Shown: in pieces, positions 46,109 to 55,047 of the stretch
Layout of the letters: each line of letters starts with the position of its first letter
Position numbering within the stretch: position 1 is the stretch's first letter
Virus genome (UHGV): UHGV-1384413
Source of the DNA: a virus
Length of the DNA stretch: 64,000 nt
Strand: one strand, 5' to 3'
Program-made: the position numbers and the translations under genes
The notes under the pieces: model-generated
What the model saw: the letters and a program-made list of their open reading frames with translations, nothing else
The model's database searches: none
What the model was told of the DNA's origin: nothing

Positions 46109-46396
46109 TCATAGCGTCTCTAAAATTTCATACCCTTCGGGTCGGAAAACAAGCCACTCAGGTGCTCCATTTGGTCGATACGCTTTATACAGAACAACCT
46201 GATCTCGGCACATACACATTGCTACATAGTTTTCATCCACACCTGCAGCCTGCATTGCATCTTCTTCTCCGGCAACCGCTTTGCTTACAACTTCCTTGGT
46301 AGGCAGGTGGGCGATCAGCTCGTCACCATCGTTAATTCCAAAATGGCTGAGTTCTCCATTGGTGTCTTTAATCTTGATCTTAACCAAATCTTTCAT
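46109..46396 (-). CDS. hypothetical protein (95 aa), small-paralog cluster
   Basis: ORF abutting neighbour; MK..VKIKIKD N-terminus. Confidence 0.5.
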   Translation of the reverse strand: MKDLVKIKIKDTNGELSHFGINDGDELIAHLPTKEVVSKAVAGEEDAMQAAGVDENYVAMCMCRDQVVLYKAYRPNGAPEWLVFRPEGYEILETL

Positions 46397-46725
46397 TAGT
46401 CTTCCCCCAAGTTCAAAGGTCCTAAGATCTCATATGCCAGATTAGAAGTTACCAGAGGATCTTCTGCATCTTTAGTATTATACCACCCGTGAATAACCAG
46501 AGTCCCACTTTGCTTCATGTCTAACTGGAACTGTTCTGCCGTTTCCTCATCCATCTCCAAGATCTCCATGAGGTATTTGATGTTAGGAAGGTATGCAGCT
46601 GTTACAGTCCCCTCTACTAGGCCTTCAGGCCAACCTACATCCGGATGACAAGTAGGGACCAGAGAGGTCAGCTTGATAGTGTATGCTTTTTCTGCACGAG
46701 CCTTCAGTAACGGATCAATTTTCAT
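46396..46725 (-). CDS. hypothetical protein (109 aa)
   Basis: ORF, 1-nt overlaps both sides. Confidence 0.5.
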   Translation of the reverse strand: MKIDPLLKARAEKAYTIKLTSLVPTCHPDVGWPEGLVEGTVTAAYLPNIKYLMEILEMDEETAEQFQLDMKQSGTLVIHGWYNTKDAEDPLVTSNLAYEILGPLNLGED

Positions 46726-47075
46726 TATTCTTCCTCCTCTTCGGTGCCTGCTTCCAGTAGTAAGTTAAGAACATCTTCAGCAGAAGGTTCGTAGAACTCT
46801 TGGCCTTCGTTGTCGATGATACGATAGTCATCACCACGAATAATCAGAGGATCGTTATCAAAACCTTCAAGACCTTTAACAACGACAACACGGTCGATTG
46901 CCATCATTGTAAGAACTTTATCAACATCTTCCTCTGCCACACCATACTGCAGCAGGATGTCTTTGGTAGGAGGAACAGCATCAACCACAACACCGTTACC
47001 AAAACCTTCCGGAAGTTTAGCTAAAATATCTTCCGGAACCGCATTCATATCAAAACCTGTGATCTCTACTTTCAT
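46725..47075 (-). CDS. hypothetical acidic protein (116 aa), small-paralog cluster
   Basis: MKVEITG N-terminus, poly-Glu C-terminus. Confidence 0.5.
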   Translation of the reverse strand: MKVEITGFDMNAVPEDILAKLPEGFGNGVVVDAVPPTKDILLQYGVAEEDVDKVLTMMAIDRVVVVKGLEGFDNDPLIIRGDDYRIIDNEGQEFYEPSAEDVLNLLLEAGTEEEEE

Positions 47076-47336
47076 TTACAGCACCTCTTCGTCAACTACT
47101 TCATAAAAATGGCTTGGGATTGCAATGGCGTTCTCGCCTTCACCTAAGAACACTGTCCCACTAACGATTAACATTAGAAGAACGTCTGCGATACCTTCCT
47201 CGGGTACGTTGCCAAAACCTTTAATCAGCTCGTAGGTTGGAAGATTTACCTCTAAGATGTCACCATCCTTAGAACGGAAATCAACACCGTCCTGAATCTC
47301 TGCCGTTTCAAGGTTTTTCAATTTAATCTTCATCAA
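47076..47336 (-). CDS. hypothetical protein (86 aa), paralog family B
   Basis: MKIKL N-terminus and C-terminal G.GE..I..P..YEVVDEE shared with 48500..48769. Confidence 0.5.
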   Translation of the reverse strand: MMKIKLKNLETAEIQDGVDFRSKDGDILEVNLPTYELIKGFGNVPEEGIADVLLMLIVSGTVFLGEGENAIAIPSHFYEVVDEEVL

Positions 47337-47412
47337 TCAGTCTCCTGTCTTGTTAAGATGGAGGTATTATTGCACACAGGGTTGGTGTTGTCAACACCTG
47401 TGTGGCATAAAA

Positions 47413-47808
47413 TTACTGAAATAGTGCAGATAAATTACCTTCTGGTGGGAACTTATCTGCCAGGAATGGGGTTAGAACAGTGGCCTTCTGAATATCAGGG
47501 GTCCACTCATTGTTCAGAACATCCCAGTAGTACGCAATGTTACTGTGTGGGTGCCGCATTACGAACTTTTTCCCTTCGTAGTCAGTTGAAACCTCTACAG
47601 AAGAAATAACAACAGAGTCTTCAAGGGTTTCTTCATAGAAAGATCCACCCTCAAATTTCCAACGAGATGCAAGAGCTCCTGCCTTGAACGCTGCAGATAA
47701 CGGACTGTCTGCAAGAACATACATTTCTTGCACTCTGTCACTGCGATCTTTGCTTCTTACATTGTATACAGTATCCGAGCTATACTCAACACGGTATAGA
47801 CTTACCAT
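47413..47808 (-). CDS. hypothetical protein (131 aa), paralog family C
   Basis: HPHSNIAYYWD...EWTP motif shared with 49615..50013. Confidence 0.5.
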   Translation of the reverse strand: MVSLYRVEYSSDTVYNVRSKDRSDRVQEMYVLADSPLSAAFKAGALASRWKFEGGSFYEETLEDSVVISSVEVSTDYEGKKFVMRHPHSNIAYYWDVLNNEWTPDIQKATVLTPFLADKFPPEGNLSALFQ

Positions 47809-48140
47809 TACCTAACCTCCTCAATAACTTCCACATCTGAACCCACCACAAATGCAAAAGGGCAGGTTTCATGAAAGATATCCGGATCTCCACCAAGCTT
47901 GCTAACTATCTCTCCACCACTAATAAACACAAGCTCACCAATATTCATCAGATTGCTAAAATAGTAGCCATAATGATTGAAGAATGCAGCTGGGTCAGGT
48001 AGACTGGTGGCCTCAAGCTCTACATTGCTTGAGATCACTTTCTTATCATACCCTCTCGCCTTTTGAGATGCAAGATCTGCAGAGTCTTCAGGAGACCGGA
48101 GATGCACAGGAATTGTTTCACCAATAAAGCGTACTTTCAT
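47808..48140 (-). CDS. hypothetical protein, paralog family A-like
   Basis: Start at ATG (M6 of track ORF, which begins TTG) with GGGGTGAGA RBS; C-terminal FVVGSDVEVIEEV. Confidence 0.45.
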   Translation of the reverse strand: MKVRFIGETIPVHLRSPEDSADLASQKARGYDKKVISSNVELEATSLPDPAAFFNHYGYYFSNLMNIGELVFISGGEIVSKLGGDPDIFHETCPFAFVVGSDVEVIEEVR

Positions 48141-48144
48141 ATTC

Positions 48145-48408
48145 TCACCCCACAATCATAGCTTCAAAAGGTGTCATAAACGAATAAACAGCATCATCAT
48201 CTGCTTCAGGGAATGCCCCCAAAGACTTTATGTCTGATCCCTTGACAAATACAAGGTTTTGATCAAAAGCTTCTTGGGGATCAATCCGATACATATCTCG
48301 TAGGATATTGCTTACCTCCTCATCAAGAGGTGAGTATGCTGTGCACGTTTTTCCAATCAAGCTTTGAGAATCAGGGTATCCACCTGAAGTTTTAAAATAA
48401 ACAATCAT
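48145..48408 (-). CDS. hypothetical protein (87 aa), paralog family A-like
   Basis: VFVKGSDIKSLGAF motif; GAGGTGA RBS. Confidence 0.5.
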   Translation of the reverse strand: MIVYFKTSGGYPDSQSLIGKTCTAYSPLDEEVSNILRDMYRIDPQEAFDQNLVFVKGSDIKSLGAFPEADDDAVYSFMTPFEAMIVG

Positions 48409-48499
48409 ATAGTATCACCTCTGGCAAGAGATGGGGATTCCTTTCCCACAAATAATTACAAACCTTCCTTATCGAGGAAGCATGCTAATCCAAGCAGGA

Positions 48500-48769
48500 T
48501 TATTCCTCTACAATCTCATACACATCAGGAGTTACAATCAACTCTTCTCCGTTACCCGGTGCAACAAACACCACCAAGCCTTCAGGTGTGTGCTTTTTAG
48601 CCATCTCGATAACATCTTCTCGCAGAGCTGGCTCCATCAGATCAAAGCCTTCACCCAGGGCATCACGAACCACCTTCATATAGTCCACTGGTTGTGCTTC
48701 AACAATCATGCCTTCAACCAGTCCACAGTTTTTGTCTGCCAGCTCAGTTTTGAATAATTTAATTTTCAT
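48500..48769 (-). CDS. hypothetical protein (89 aa), paralog family B
   Basis: MKIKLFK N-terminus; C-terminal LIVTPDVYEIVEE; GAGGAG RBS. Confidence 0.5.
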   Translation of the reverse strand: MKIKLFKTELADKNCGLVEGMIVEAQPVDYMKVVRDALGEGFDLMEPALREDVIEMAKKHTPEGLVVFVAPGNGEELIVTPDVYEIVEE

Positions 48770-48906
48770 TTAGAGGTCTCCTCAATTATTTGATATTAAT
48801 AGCCGTAACCTAACACATTAACTACAACTACGATTGCAAACATAATTTCAAAGCATGCAATCTCTACATTTGGGACTAATTTCTTAATCATACCCATTGT
48901 AGCACC

Positions 48907-49224
48907 TCATTCTCCAAAGTCAATCTTTACTTTGCCTTTCCCCTTACCTTTCTTTCCACCACATTTAGCCAACTGACGTGCTGCAACATCTACCATACGG
49001 TCAGTTGCCTCGTAAGCATCACTGCCTTTAGCTTTGGCAATAACTTCTTTTCCGGAAGTGTCAAAAATGAACGCCATAACTTCCTGGTGATCATTTTCAA
49101 CTTTTACACTCACACGTGCATAGTTGGCAGAGGGGTGCAAACGCTCCAGCTTAGACATTTTGTGGGAAATGAAAGACACCATACCTTCAGTGATTTCTAC
49201 GTTGCCAGTGATTTCAATTTGCAT
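48907..49224 (-). CDS. ribosome hibernation factor homolog (HPF/RaiA, S30AE family)
   Basis: 105 aa; MQIEITGNVEITEGM...KLERL...VSVKVEN and ...ARQLAK collinear with E. coli HPF as I recall it (MQLNITGNNVEITEAL...KLEQY...VLKVEK...LARQLTK); Lys/Gly-rich C-terminal tail. Confidence 0.65.
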   Translation of the reverse strand: MQIEITGNVEITEGMVSFISHKMSKLERLHPSANYARVSVKVENDHQEVMAFIFDTSGKEVIAKAKGSDAYEATDRMVDVAARQLAKCGGKKGKGKGKVKIDFGE

Positions 49225-49306
49225 AACGTGTTCCTTTTAAAGAAGAGGGAACCAAACCCTCTTTGAAAACAATGATACTAAATCTGAAGCGTTGTGTCAA
49301 CAGTTT

Positions 49307-49597
49307 TTACAGCTTGTCGTCGATAGTTTTTAAAATATCCACAGCAAGATCTGCCATTTTTCGAACATACTCTGCAAACTCAACAGGATCCTTGATCAAA
49401 GAATTCACAGGGTCGTACCCTAGAGCGTTCAAAATGGCTGCAGCATCTACAACCTTCTCATCATTTGCGAAGATCTCTCCATCAAACTTGTAGGTCCATT
49501 TTGAGTCAATCTTGGCAGAGAAGGATTGGTCAACGCTTGTTACACCATCCTTTTTAAACTCTCCAGTGTTATCAGTGTCCAGAACTAAATCCATCAT
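49307..49597 (-). CDS. hypothetical protein (96 aa)
   Basis: ORF with GTGAGGT RBS. Confidence 0.5.
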   Translation of the reverse strand: MMDLVLDTDNTGEFKKDGVTSVDQSFSAKIDSKWTYKFDGEIFANDEKVVDAAAILNALGYDPVNSLIKDPVEFAEYVRKMADLAVDILKTIDDKL

Positions 49598-49614
49598 GTT
49601 AGTACCTCACTGTT

Positions 49615-50013
49615 TCAGTCTAGCTTTTCTTCAACAACCCCATAACTTGGGGCAGAGTCAAGAGCTTTCTGGTTTAAAAGTGGCGTAGCAGAATCTGCAA
49701 ACGGTGTCCAAGTTTTTGTTCTGGCATTCCAGTAATGCTTCACTCTGGAATCTGGATGCACTATAACAAAAACTTTTTCACTTGTCAACACATTAATTTC
49801 TTCTACACCCTTGCTGATAATTTCTCCGTCATAGCCACCAGTCTGGTATCCTTCGTACCAGGTTCTTGCATATGCATAGCCAGCCTGCCAGCATGCAGCC
49901 TCCTCCGAGGTGGAGACTACGTAGAAGTCTTTCTCAAATTCTGGGATACGCCCTTGCTTTACGCTCCAAGACCCGCGAATTTTCATTGTAACTTTGAACA
50001 GTTTATTTTTCAC
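49615..50013 (-). CDS. hypothetical protein (132 aa), paralog family C
   Basis: HPDSRVKHYWN...TWTP motif shared with 47413..47808. Confidence 0.5.
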   Translation of the reverse strand: MKNKLFKVTMKIRGSWSVKQGRIPEFEKDFYVVSTSEEAACWQAGYAYARTWYEGYQTGGYDGEIISKGVEEINVLTSEKVFVIVHPDSRVKHYWNARTKTWTPFADSATPLLNQKALDSAPSYGVVEEKLD

Positions 50014-50025
50014 AACGGTTACCCC

Positions 50026-50280
50026 TCACAGCTCTACAATCTCTGCATCTGACCCTGCCCCAAAGGCATAATAGGATTCTTCCCCGAAATAATATTCCGG
50101 TGCACCAGCAGCGATCAGGTCTGATCCCAAGATAAACACCACGTTGTGGCCTACATAACTGTGATGTTGCCGCACAGGATCATCCCACGGCAACCCTTCA
50201 AAGTATACCGCAGGAACGACCTTTCCATTCAGGAAGGATTGTCCCAAGTAGACGTTAGAATCAAGAATTTTAACCTTCAT
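50026..50280 (-). CDS. hypothetical protein (84 aa), paralog family A
   Basis: MKVKILDSNVYLGQ ... SDLIAAGAPEYYF ... AEIVEL. Confidence 0.55.
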   Translation of the reverse strand: MKVKILDSNVYLGQSFLNGKVVPAVYFEGLPWDDPVRQHHSYVGHNVVFILGSDLIAAGAPEYYFGEESYYAFGAGSDAEIVEL

Positions 50281-50497
50281 TCTCGTCCTCCACTATCTCT
50301 ACATCCTCACCAAGGGCAAAGTTGTAGGTCCACTGACTGTCAAAGCAGTCCTGAGATGCACCAGCGGCAATAAGATCTGCACCTTTTATTTTTAAAAGGT
50401 CAGGATAATCTTCGTTAGGGATAGCGGTAAACACTTTCCCCACTAAGGGCTCCTGACCAATATAGAAGCTTGAATCTAAAACTTTAACTTTCATCAA
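50270..50497 (-). CDS. hypothetical protein (75 aa), paralog family A
   Basis: MMKVKVLDSSFYIGQ ... ADLIAAGASQDCF ... VEIVEDE. Confidence 0.55.
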   Translation of the reverse strand: MMKVKVLDSSFYIGQEPLVGKVFTAIPNEDYPDLLKIKGADLIAAGASQDCFDSQWTYNFALGEDVEIVEDENEG

Positions 50498-50778
50498 CGG
50501 TCTCCCTCAGGCGGTTGTGGAACGTAAACACTGTTACGAATCTCGTCAGCAGTGTAGTAACAAGTTTTCCCCTCTCTGCCCCTGGCAGCAATGTATTCAG
50601 CTATACCAATAAGTGCCATAGCCTTGGTGGCGTATCTCTTAAGCTCGTTAGCTCCCCAGCAAAATCTCTGCCAAAACGGTATGAAACCGAATAGGTACAC
50701 CTTCTGTTTCACTATCCAATAAGTTCCTTTACAGATCACTTTAAACTCTGCAGCACTATTGCTAACACCATTGCTCAT
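50494..50778 (-). CDS. hypothetical protein (94 aa)
   Basis: ORF, 4-nt overlap with downstream gene. Confidence 0.5.
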   Translation of the reverse strand: MSNGVSNSAAEFKVICKGTYWIVKQKVYLFGFIPFWQRFCWGANELKRYATKAMALIGIAEYIAARGREGKTCYYTADEIRNSVYVPQPPEGDR

Positions 50779-50790
50779 TATCTTCTCCTT

Positions 50791-51075
50791 TTATTTTTCT
50801 GGGTTTGGCAGATATTGCACATTGGCAGGAGGAACACCGGATAGCTCCCAAACAACCATAGTGCTGTACCCTGGCACACTTCTAACATTTAAAAGAGTAG
50901 GAGCACCAACACATTTAAACTTCCTTTTCCCAAATCCGTTCTCCATCATAACCCAGTATCCGGTATCCTGATCACCGGGAATTTGTGTTCCATCATCGTC
51001 CACCCAGCGGACGGTCCATTTCGATACAGCAACGGCTCGGTATTTAAACTTTTTAAACCACTCAAACAGTTTCAT
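50791..51075 (-). CDS. hypothetical protein
   Basis: Start moved to internal ATG (M13 of track ORF) to reduce overlap. Confidence 0.45.
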   Translation of the reverse strand: MKLFEWFKKFKYRAVAVSKWTVRWVDDDGTQIPGDQDTGYWVMMENGFGKRKFKCVGAPTLLNVRSVPGYSTMVVWELSGVPPANVQYLPNPEK

Positions 51076-51259
51076 CTTCAGCCTCGCTTGGCAGCCCTTC
51101 CATTTTGACATACCGGAAAGTGTTGCCGTAATAGTTGATCCATGACATCAGCTCACTTTCTTGCTCTTCCTCTGGGATGGACTCTCTAACGCTGACAAGT
51201 TTTAAGAAAACCCAATCACAATCCACCCCCATCCTACCAGACAGACAATAGTGCTTCAT
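51062..51259 (-). CDS. hypothetical protein (65 aa)
   Basis: ORF in operon. Confidence 0.4.
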   Translation of the reverse strand: MKHYCLSGRMGVDCDWVFLKLVSVRESIPEEEQESELMSWINYYGNTFRYVKMEGLPSEAEDETV

Positions 51260-51277
51260 AAAACCCTCCCGCCTGGT

Positions 51278-51472
51278 TTAGAATATTGCTTCTTCCATTG
51301 CACCTGAGAGCAACAAAGAGGTAATCTGGCTAACATTCATCTCAGACTCCACTTCCTCTCCTTTGAAAGGTTCGCGGCAGAATAGGACTGTTTCAGGATT
51401 TTTACTTCGAACAATATAATACAAATCATTCAAAGTGTTGTAGTAATAAGTGTTAAAATGTAAGTTTTTCAT
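51278..51472 (-). CDS. hypothetical protein (64 aa)
   Basis: ORF, 4-nt overlap with upstream gene. Confidence 0.45.
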   Translation of the reverse strand: MKNLHFNTYYYNTLNDLYYIVRSKNPETVLFCREPFKGEEVESEMNVSQITSLLLSGAMEEAIF

Positions 51473-51756
51473 TTTCTAGTCCCCTTTTTAGATTTTTGTG
51501 CAGAAACGCTTTCTGCAATACGAGACAGGCGTTCTTCTGAAGCTTTACCTACCCCAGGTTTCTTGAGCGGGTTATCTTTATGACCGCAATCCAATTGGAT
51601 GCTAGATACATCCCCAACCTTGTAAGTCAATTCTAGCAAAAGGTTGTCGTCCTTGTCAAATGTTTTTACGATAAATTTTTTATCGTCCTCCTTAACTTCA
51701 TATCTAGTACCTGCAGTATACAGCATGGTGCCATCAGCGTAGGATATCCAGATCAT
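51469..51756 (-). CDS. hypothetical protein (95 aa)
   Basis: ORF, 4-nt overlaps both sides. Confidence 0.5.
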   Translation of the reverse strand: MIWISYADGTMLYTAGTRYEVKEDDKKFIVKTFDKDDNLLLELTYKVGDVSSIQLDCGHKDNPLKKPGVGKASEERLSRIAESVSAQKSKKGTRK

Positions 51757-52100
51757 TGCACCTCCTTCTGCTGCAACAGCATCAACTCTTTGTTGGAAAT
51801 CTTTACTGCTGTCTTTATTGTCCCATCTTCACGGAACCACGACCAGAATTCTACAGTATCACCACTATCAAGCAAGGCATGACCATGGTAAAAATCTTTG
51901 TCCTTAGACAGTTTCTCATCTATATCTGCATCGACACATTCGTGATCCATAGCATTCTGCCTGAATGCATCGGTTATGCCAATGCACGCCTTACTCTCAA
52001 GGCTGGTATACCCAATATCTTTTAATTCAGTTTCCCAAGTCCAGTATCCTACAAAAGCTACAACAGCCACCCACATTAATATAGATTTAATCTTTGACAT
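51753..52100 (-). CDS. predicted membrane-anchored protein (115 aa)
   Basis: N-terminal hydrophobic segment ILMWVAVVAFVGYW. Confidence 0.5.
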   Translation of the reverse strand: MSKIKSILMWVAVVAFVGYWTWETELKDIGYTSLESKACIGITDAFRQNAMDHECVDADIDEKLSKDKDFYHGHALLDSGDTVEFWSWFREDGTIKTAVKISNKELMLLQQKEVQ

Positions 52101-52160
52101 TCTCTCTACCTCTTTCTTAGTTTATTTAGTTATGGCACATCCTTTGTGCCATAATGCACA

Positions 52161-52622
52161 TTACTTAAACAACAGTTCAAAATAGTGCAAAATTAACAGA
52201 AGTTGAATTACGCCTAGCACAACTGCAAGTATGTTGATCTTAGAATCAAAAAACTTCTTAACTTTTACCCTAAAAGGCTCCTTAATGTCCTTTACGATCC
52301 TATTTATAGATGATTTCATATCCCTGATTACCATCCTAAACATTAGAGACGGATCTTCCTTCTCTGTAACGGAATCGAAAACATACTCTCTTCGGTCATA
52401 AGGACCTCCAGATCTGCGTATTAACCTCTCCACAGATACCTCGTACGACACACCTGTAACGTAATCATCTATGACAAGTAGTGACGGGTCTTTATCGTCC
52501 AAAGGTATCAAAGTTATCTTTCCAGATTTTGTTAAAATTTCTCCTTTTTCAAGCAGTGTGTACCAATGCTCTCTACCAAGGTTGTTGAGGCACGTTTTTA
52601 CATATTTAACAAACATCGTCAC
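52161..52622 (-). CDS. predicted C-terminally membrane-anchored protein (153 aa)
   Basis: C-terminal hydrophobic segment ILAVVLGVIQLLLIL. Confidence 0.5.
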   Translation of the reverse strand: MTMFVKYVKTCLNNLGREHWYTLLEKGEILTKSGKITLIPLDDKDPSLLVIDDYVTGVSYEVSVERLIRRSGGPYDRREYVFDSVTEKEDPSLMFRMVIRDMKSSINRIVKDIKEPFRVKVKKFFDSKINILAVVLGVIQLLLILHYFELLFK

Positions 52623-52822
52623 CCCTCATCGCACGTCTGATATAGCCATTCTATGAAATCTTGATACCACTCTCCCTCTGAGCGCTCCGTAGGCCAATAA
52701 TCTTCCCCCTCTCTTGCATTAAAATCTGAGTATTCAACTTTCCACTCCTTTACCAGCTCGTGGAGAAGGTTTTCAGCCTGTTCTAAGGATTTATTTTTTG
52801 TCATTACTGTCCCCTTTTTCAA
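52619..52822 (-). CDS. hypothetical protein (67 aa)
   Basis: ORF, 4-nt overlap with downstream gene. Confidence 0.45.
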   Translation of the reverse strand: MKKGTVMTKNKSLEQAENLLHELVKEWKVEYSDFNAREGEDYWPTERSEGEWYQDFIEWLYQTCDEG

Positions 52823-53039
52823 GATAATTATACATCAGCGCCGCGCCACCTAAAATGGCTACCAGCAGTAATACCCCAGAGAGCATTTCAATAAACATGG
52901 CTTGAAACATTAGAAGGCCCCCTAATTTCACGCACCATTTTAAATACATATTCTTTTCCCATAAAGGTGCCCGGCTAAGATCTGCGTAGAATGCAATCTC
53001 TTTAAGAACAGTATAAACAGTTTTAGGTGCGGTATCCAT
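52791..53039 (-). CDS. predicted membrane protein
   Basis: Start moved to internal ATG (M16 of track ORF); hydrophobic helix. Confidence 0.45.
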   Translation of the reverse strand: MDTAPKTVYTVLKEIAFYADLSRAPLWEKNMYLKWCVKLGGLLMFQAMFIEMLSGVLLLVAILGGAALMYNYLEKGDSNDKK

Positions 53040-53259
53040 CCCTACTCTCCTTTTTCCCCTTACGGATATTCTTGTGGTAATCAACTAGGCACATTATTAC
53101 GATGAAGATAACAACAGGCCAAAAGGGCGCAGCAGTGATGATGGTGATAAAATCATCAAACTTCACCCTTCGTGTAGACACGATGCATATACCTGCCAAG
53201 ATTACTGCTGTTAGAACAGCTACTACCAGGTAACCTATCAGCACAGCATCTATACTCAT
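53023..53259 (-). CDS. predicted membrane protein (78 aa, two TM helices)
   Basis: Two long hydrophobic stretches. Confidence 0.5.
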   Translation of the reverse strand: MSIDAVLIGYLVVAVLTAVILAGICIVSTRRVKFDDFITIITAAPFWPVVIFIVIMCLVDYHKNIRKGKKESRDGYRT

Positions 53260-53277
53260 TGGCTCCTCCTTTGTAGG

Positions 53278-53823
53278 TTAAATTGTACACTGCAGGTGGT
53301 TGCCGAGGGTGTCAAGAAAATTATCCCGTTCTTTCTCAGAGTTTTCATGGGTGTAGCTGAAAAACATATCTAGAATAACCTTATTGATATATTCCAGCTC
53401 CTCTGTGTTCAGGTACTTAGCAGGATCTACAATGACATCCCAAATATCATACAAACCGCACTCATGATACCCCCAACGCCGCTCAATTGTCAAACTGAGC
53501 GGCAAATCTTTACCATCACAAACAACCTTCCATCTGCAGATGTTGGTATCTGGACGTACCTGTGTACGGTATACCTGTACAAAATCCAATTTGAATTGGA
53601 GGTACTCGTCATACAATTTAAGTACAAAACTCTCGATTTGTGGAGATACTTTTGCAGCAAACTGTGCGTATTTGTACTTGCACTGGATGATCTTTCTGCG
53701 TTTTGCAGTTAAATTTTTTGCAGCCAGTTGTTCTTCAGTGTACCTCCACCTACGATCAACAAACGCAACAGGGTCTTTGTCCCCATAGAGGTCTTCCCAG
53801 TTAATCAGAAGCATACCTGCCAC
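53278..53823 (-). CDS. hypothetical protein (181 aa)
   Basis: ORF in operon; several Cys/His. Confidence 0.5.
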   Translation of the reverse strand: MAGMLLINWEDLYGDKDPVAFVDRRWRYTEEQLAAKNLTAKRRKIIQCKYKYAQFAAKVSPQIESFVLKLYDEYLQFKLDFVQVYRTQVRPDTNICRWKVVCDGKDLPLSLTIERRWGYHECGLYDIWDVIVDPAKYLNTEELEYINKVILDMFFSYTHENSEKERDNFLDTLGNHLQCTI

Positions 53824-54053
53824 TCCTCCACAACTTCAAGGCCTTTGCCGCCTCGTTCTGGTAGATTACTTAAAGACAGGTAATACGTATAGTCAGGAGA
53901 GATCCTGCCAGACTCTGCACCTGCAGCTAGTAAATCTTTTCCCTTAACCATGACAACATTATCGTTTGCAGATAGCCGTTTTGCTTCCACAATTTTACCA
54001 ACGCAGTCAACCAAGGAAGGGTACCCTAAATCTGTAAGAAATTTAACTTTCAT
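53805..54053 (-). CDS. hypothetical protein (82 aa), paralog family A
   Basis: MKVKFLTDLGYPSL ... KDLLAAGAESG. Confidence 0.55.
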   Translation of the reverse strand: MKVKFLTDLGYPSLVDCVGKIVEAKRLSANDNVVMVKGKDLLAAGAESGRISPDYTYYLSLSNLPERGGKGLEVVEEWQVCF

Positions 54054-54092
54054 GCTACCTCCTGCTTTTACCGTCCCTGGTAAGATAAATTA

Positions 54093-54491
54093 TTACTGAA
54101 CAGATCGCGGAGCTGGGAAGGATAACTCTTCTAAAGAGAAGATTTCATTTCCCACAATCCATGTTGCCGGATCATCCGGGTTGACTGGATAGATAATCAT
54201 CACCTCGTCCGTGTTACATACTCGCTTTTTACCTGTGGAGTTATCAGCAACTAGCATGCGAGGCTCTTCAGAGATACACAAGTATCCACCACGTCCAACT
54301 GTCCCTTCTACAGGATCCTGGCCTTTTATCACGATGAATATCTTCTCTCCTGAGGTGATATTACCTTGCACACTCACCGTTTGACCAACCTTGGATGTGC
54401 CAATCTTAGTGACTTCGAACATTACATCACGGATAACTGTTGCATAGTTACCAGAGACTTTCTTACCTTCTTCAGTAATCTCAATCTTCAT
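54093..54491 (-). CDS. hypothetical protein (132 aa)
   Basis: ORF in operon. Confidence 0.5.
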   Translation of the reverse strand: MKIEITEEGKKVSGNYATVIRDVMFEVTKIGTSKVGQTVSVQGNITSGEKIFIVIKGQDPVEGTVGRGGYLCISEEPRMLVADNSTGKKRVCNTDEVMIIYPVNPDDPATWIVGNEIFSLEELSFPAPRSVQ

Positions 54492-54760
54492 AATCTAGGC
54501 TCCTTAAATGAATCTATATAGTCAATTAAATCCCAAGCATCCCTATGACCTGTCAGAGGGTATACTTCTCCAAGAGGGATCATAGCAATAAGCCTATCAA
54601 AAACCCAGTCTGGACGCAACATTTTATGATGATATTCCCACTCACCTTCCACAGATTTTTTCTGAGTGATCAGAATCTCTGTGTAGTGTTTTGCCTGTCT
54701 TGAGTAAATTGAAAATGACTTATACATAGATGACCCCCTCTTGTTGAAAACAAAATACAC
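54488..54760 (-). CDS. hypothetical protein (90 aa)
   Basis: ORF, 4-nt overlap with downstream gene. Confidence 0.5.
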   Translation of the reverse strand: MYFVFNKRGSSMYKSFSIYSRQAKHYTEILITQKKSVEGEWEYHHKMLRPDWVFDRLIAMIPLGEVYPLTGHRDAWDLIDYIDSFKEPRL

Positions 54761-54762
54761 TA

Positions 54763-55047
54763 CTACCAGGTCACTGTCAAGTAGGCAACTGTGTTATTTT
54801 TCTCCGGGGAGATGCCAACAACATCCACCTGCAGACCTCCTGCCCTCAAATCCCCAACGATGTGTGGGAAGTAGTCTGAGAGGTGTGATGGAAGATTTAT
54901 CGAAAATCCGCATCCCAGAAAGCCTGCTAACGCCTTATTTTGTATCTCCCCTACAATCGCATCATAAATGGAGTTAAGCTCGTCAGGGAGAGTTACAGGA
55001 CGTTTTAGCGCTAACTGGTGCAACTTGTCCTTAGCACTCATTTTCAT
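54763..55047 (-). CDS. hypothetical protein
   Basis: Start at internal ATG (M24 of track ORF), giving ATGA overlap with the Dam stop; GGAGG RBS. Confidence 0.45.
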   Translation of the reverse strand: MKMSAKDKLHQLALKRPVTLPDELNSIYDAIVGEIQNKALAGFLGCGFSINLPSHLSDYFPHIVGDLRAGGLQVDVVGISPEKNNTVAYLTVTW

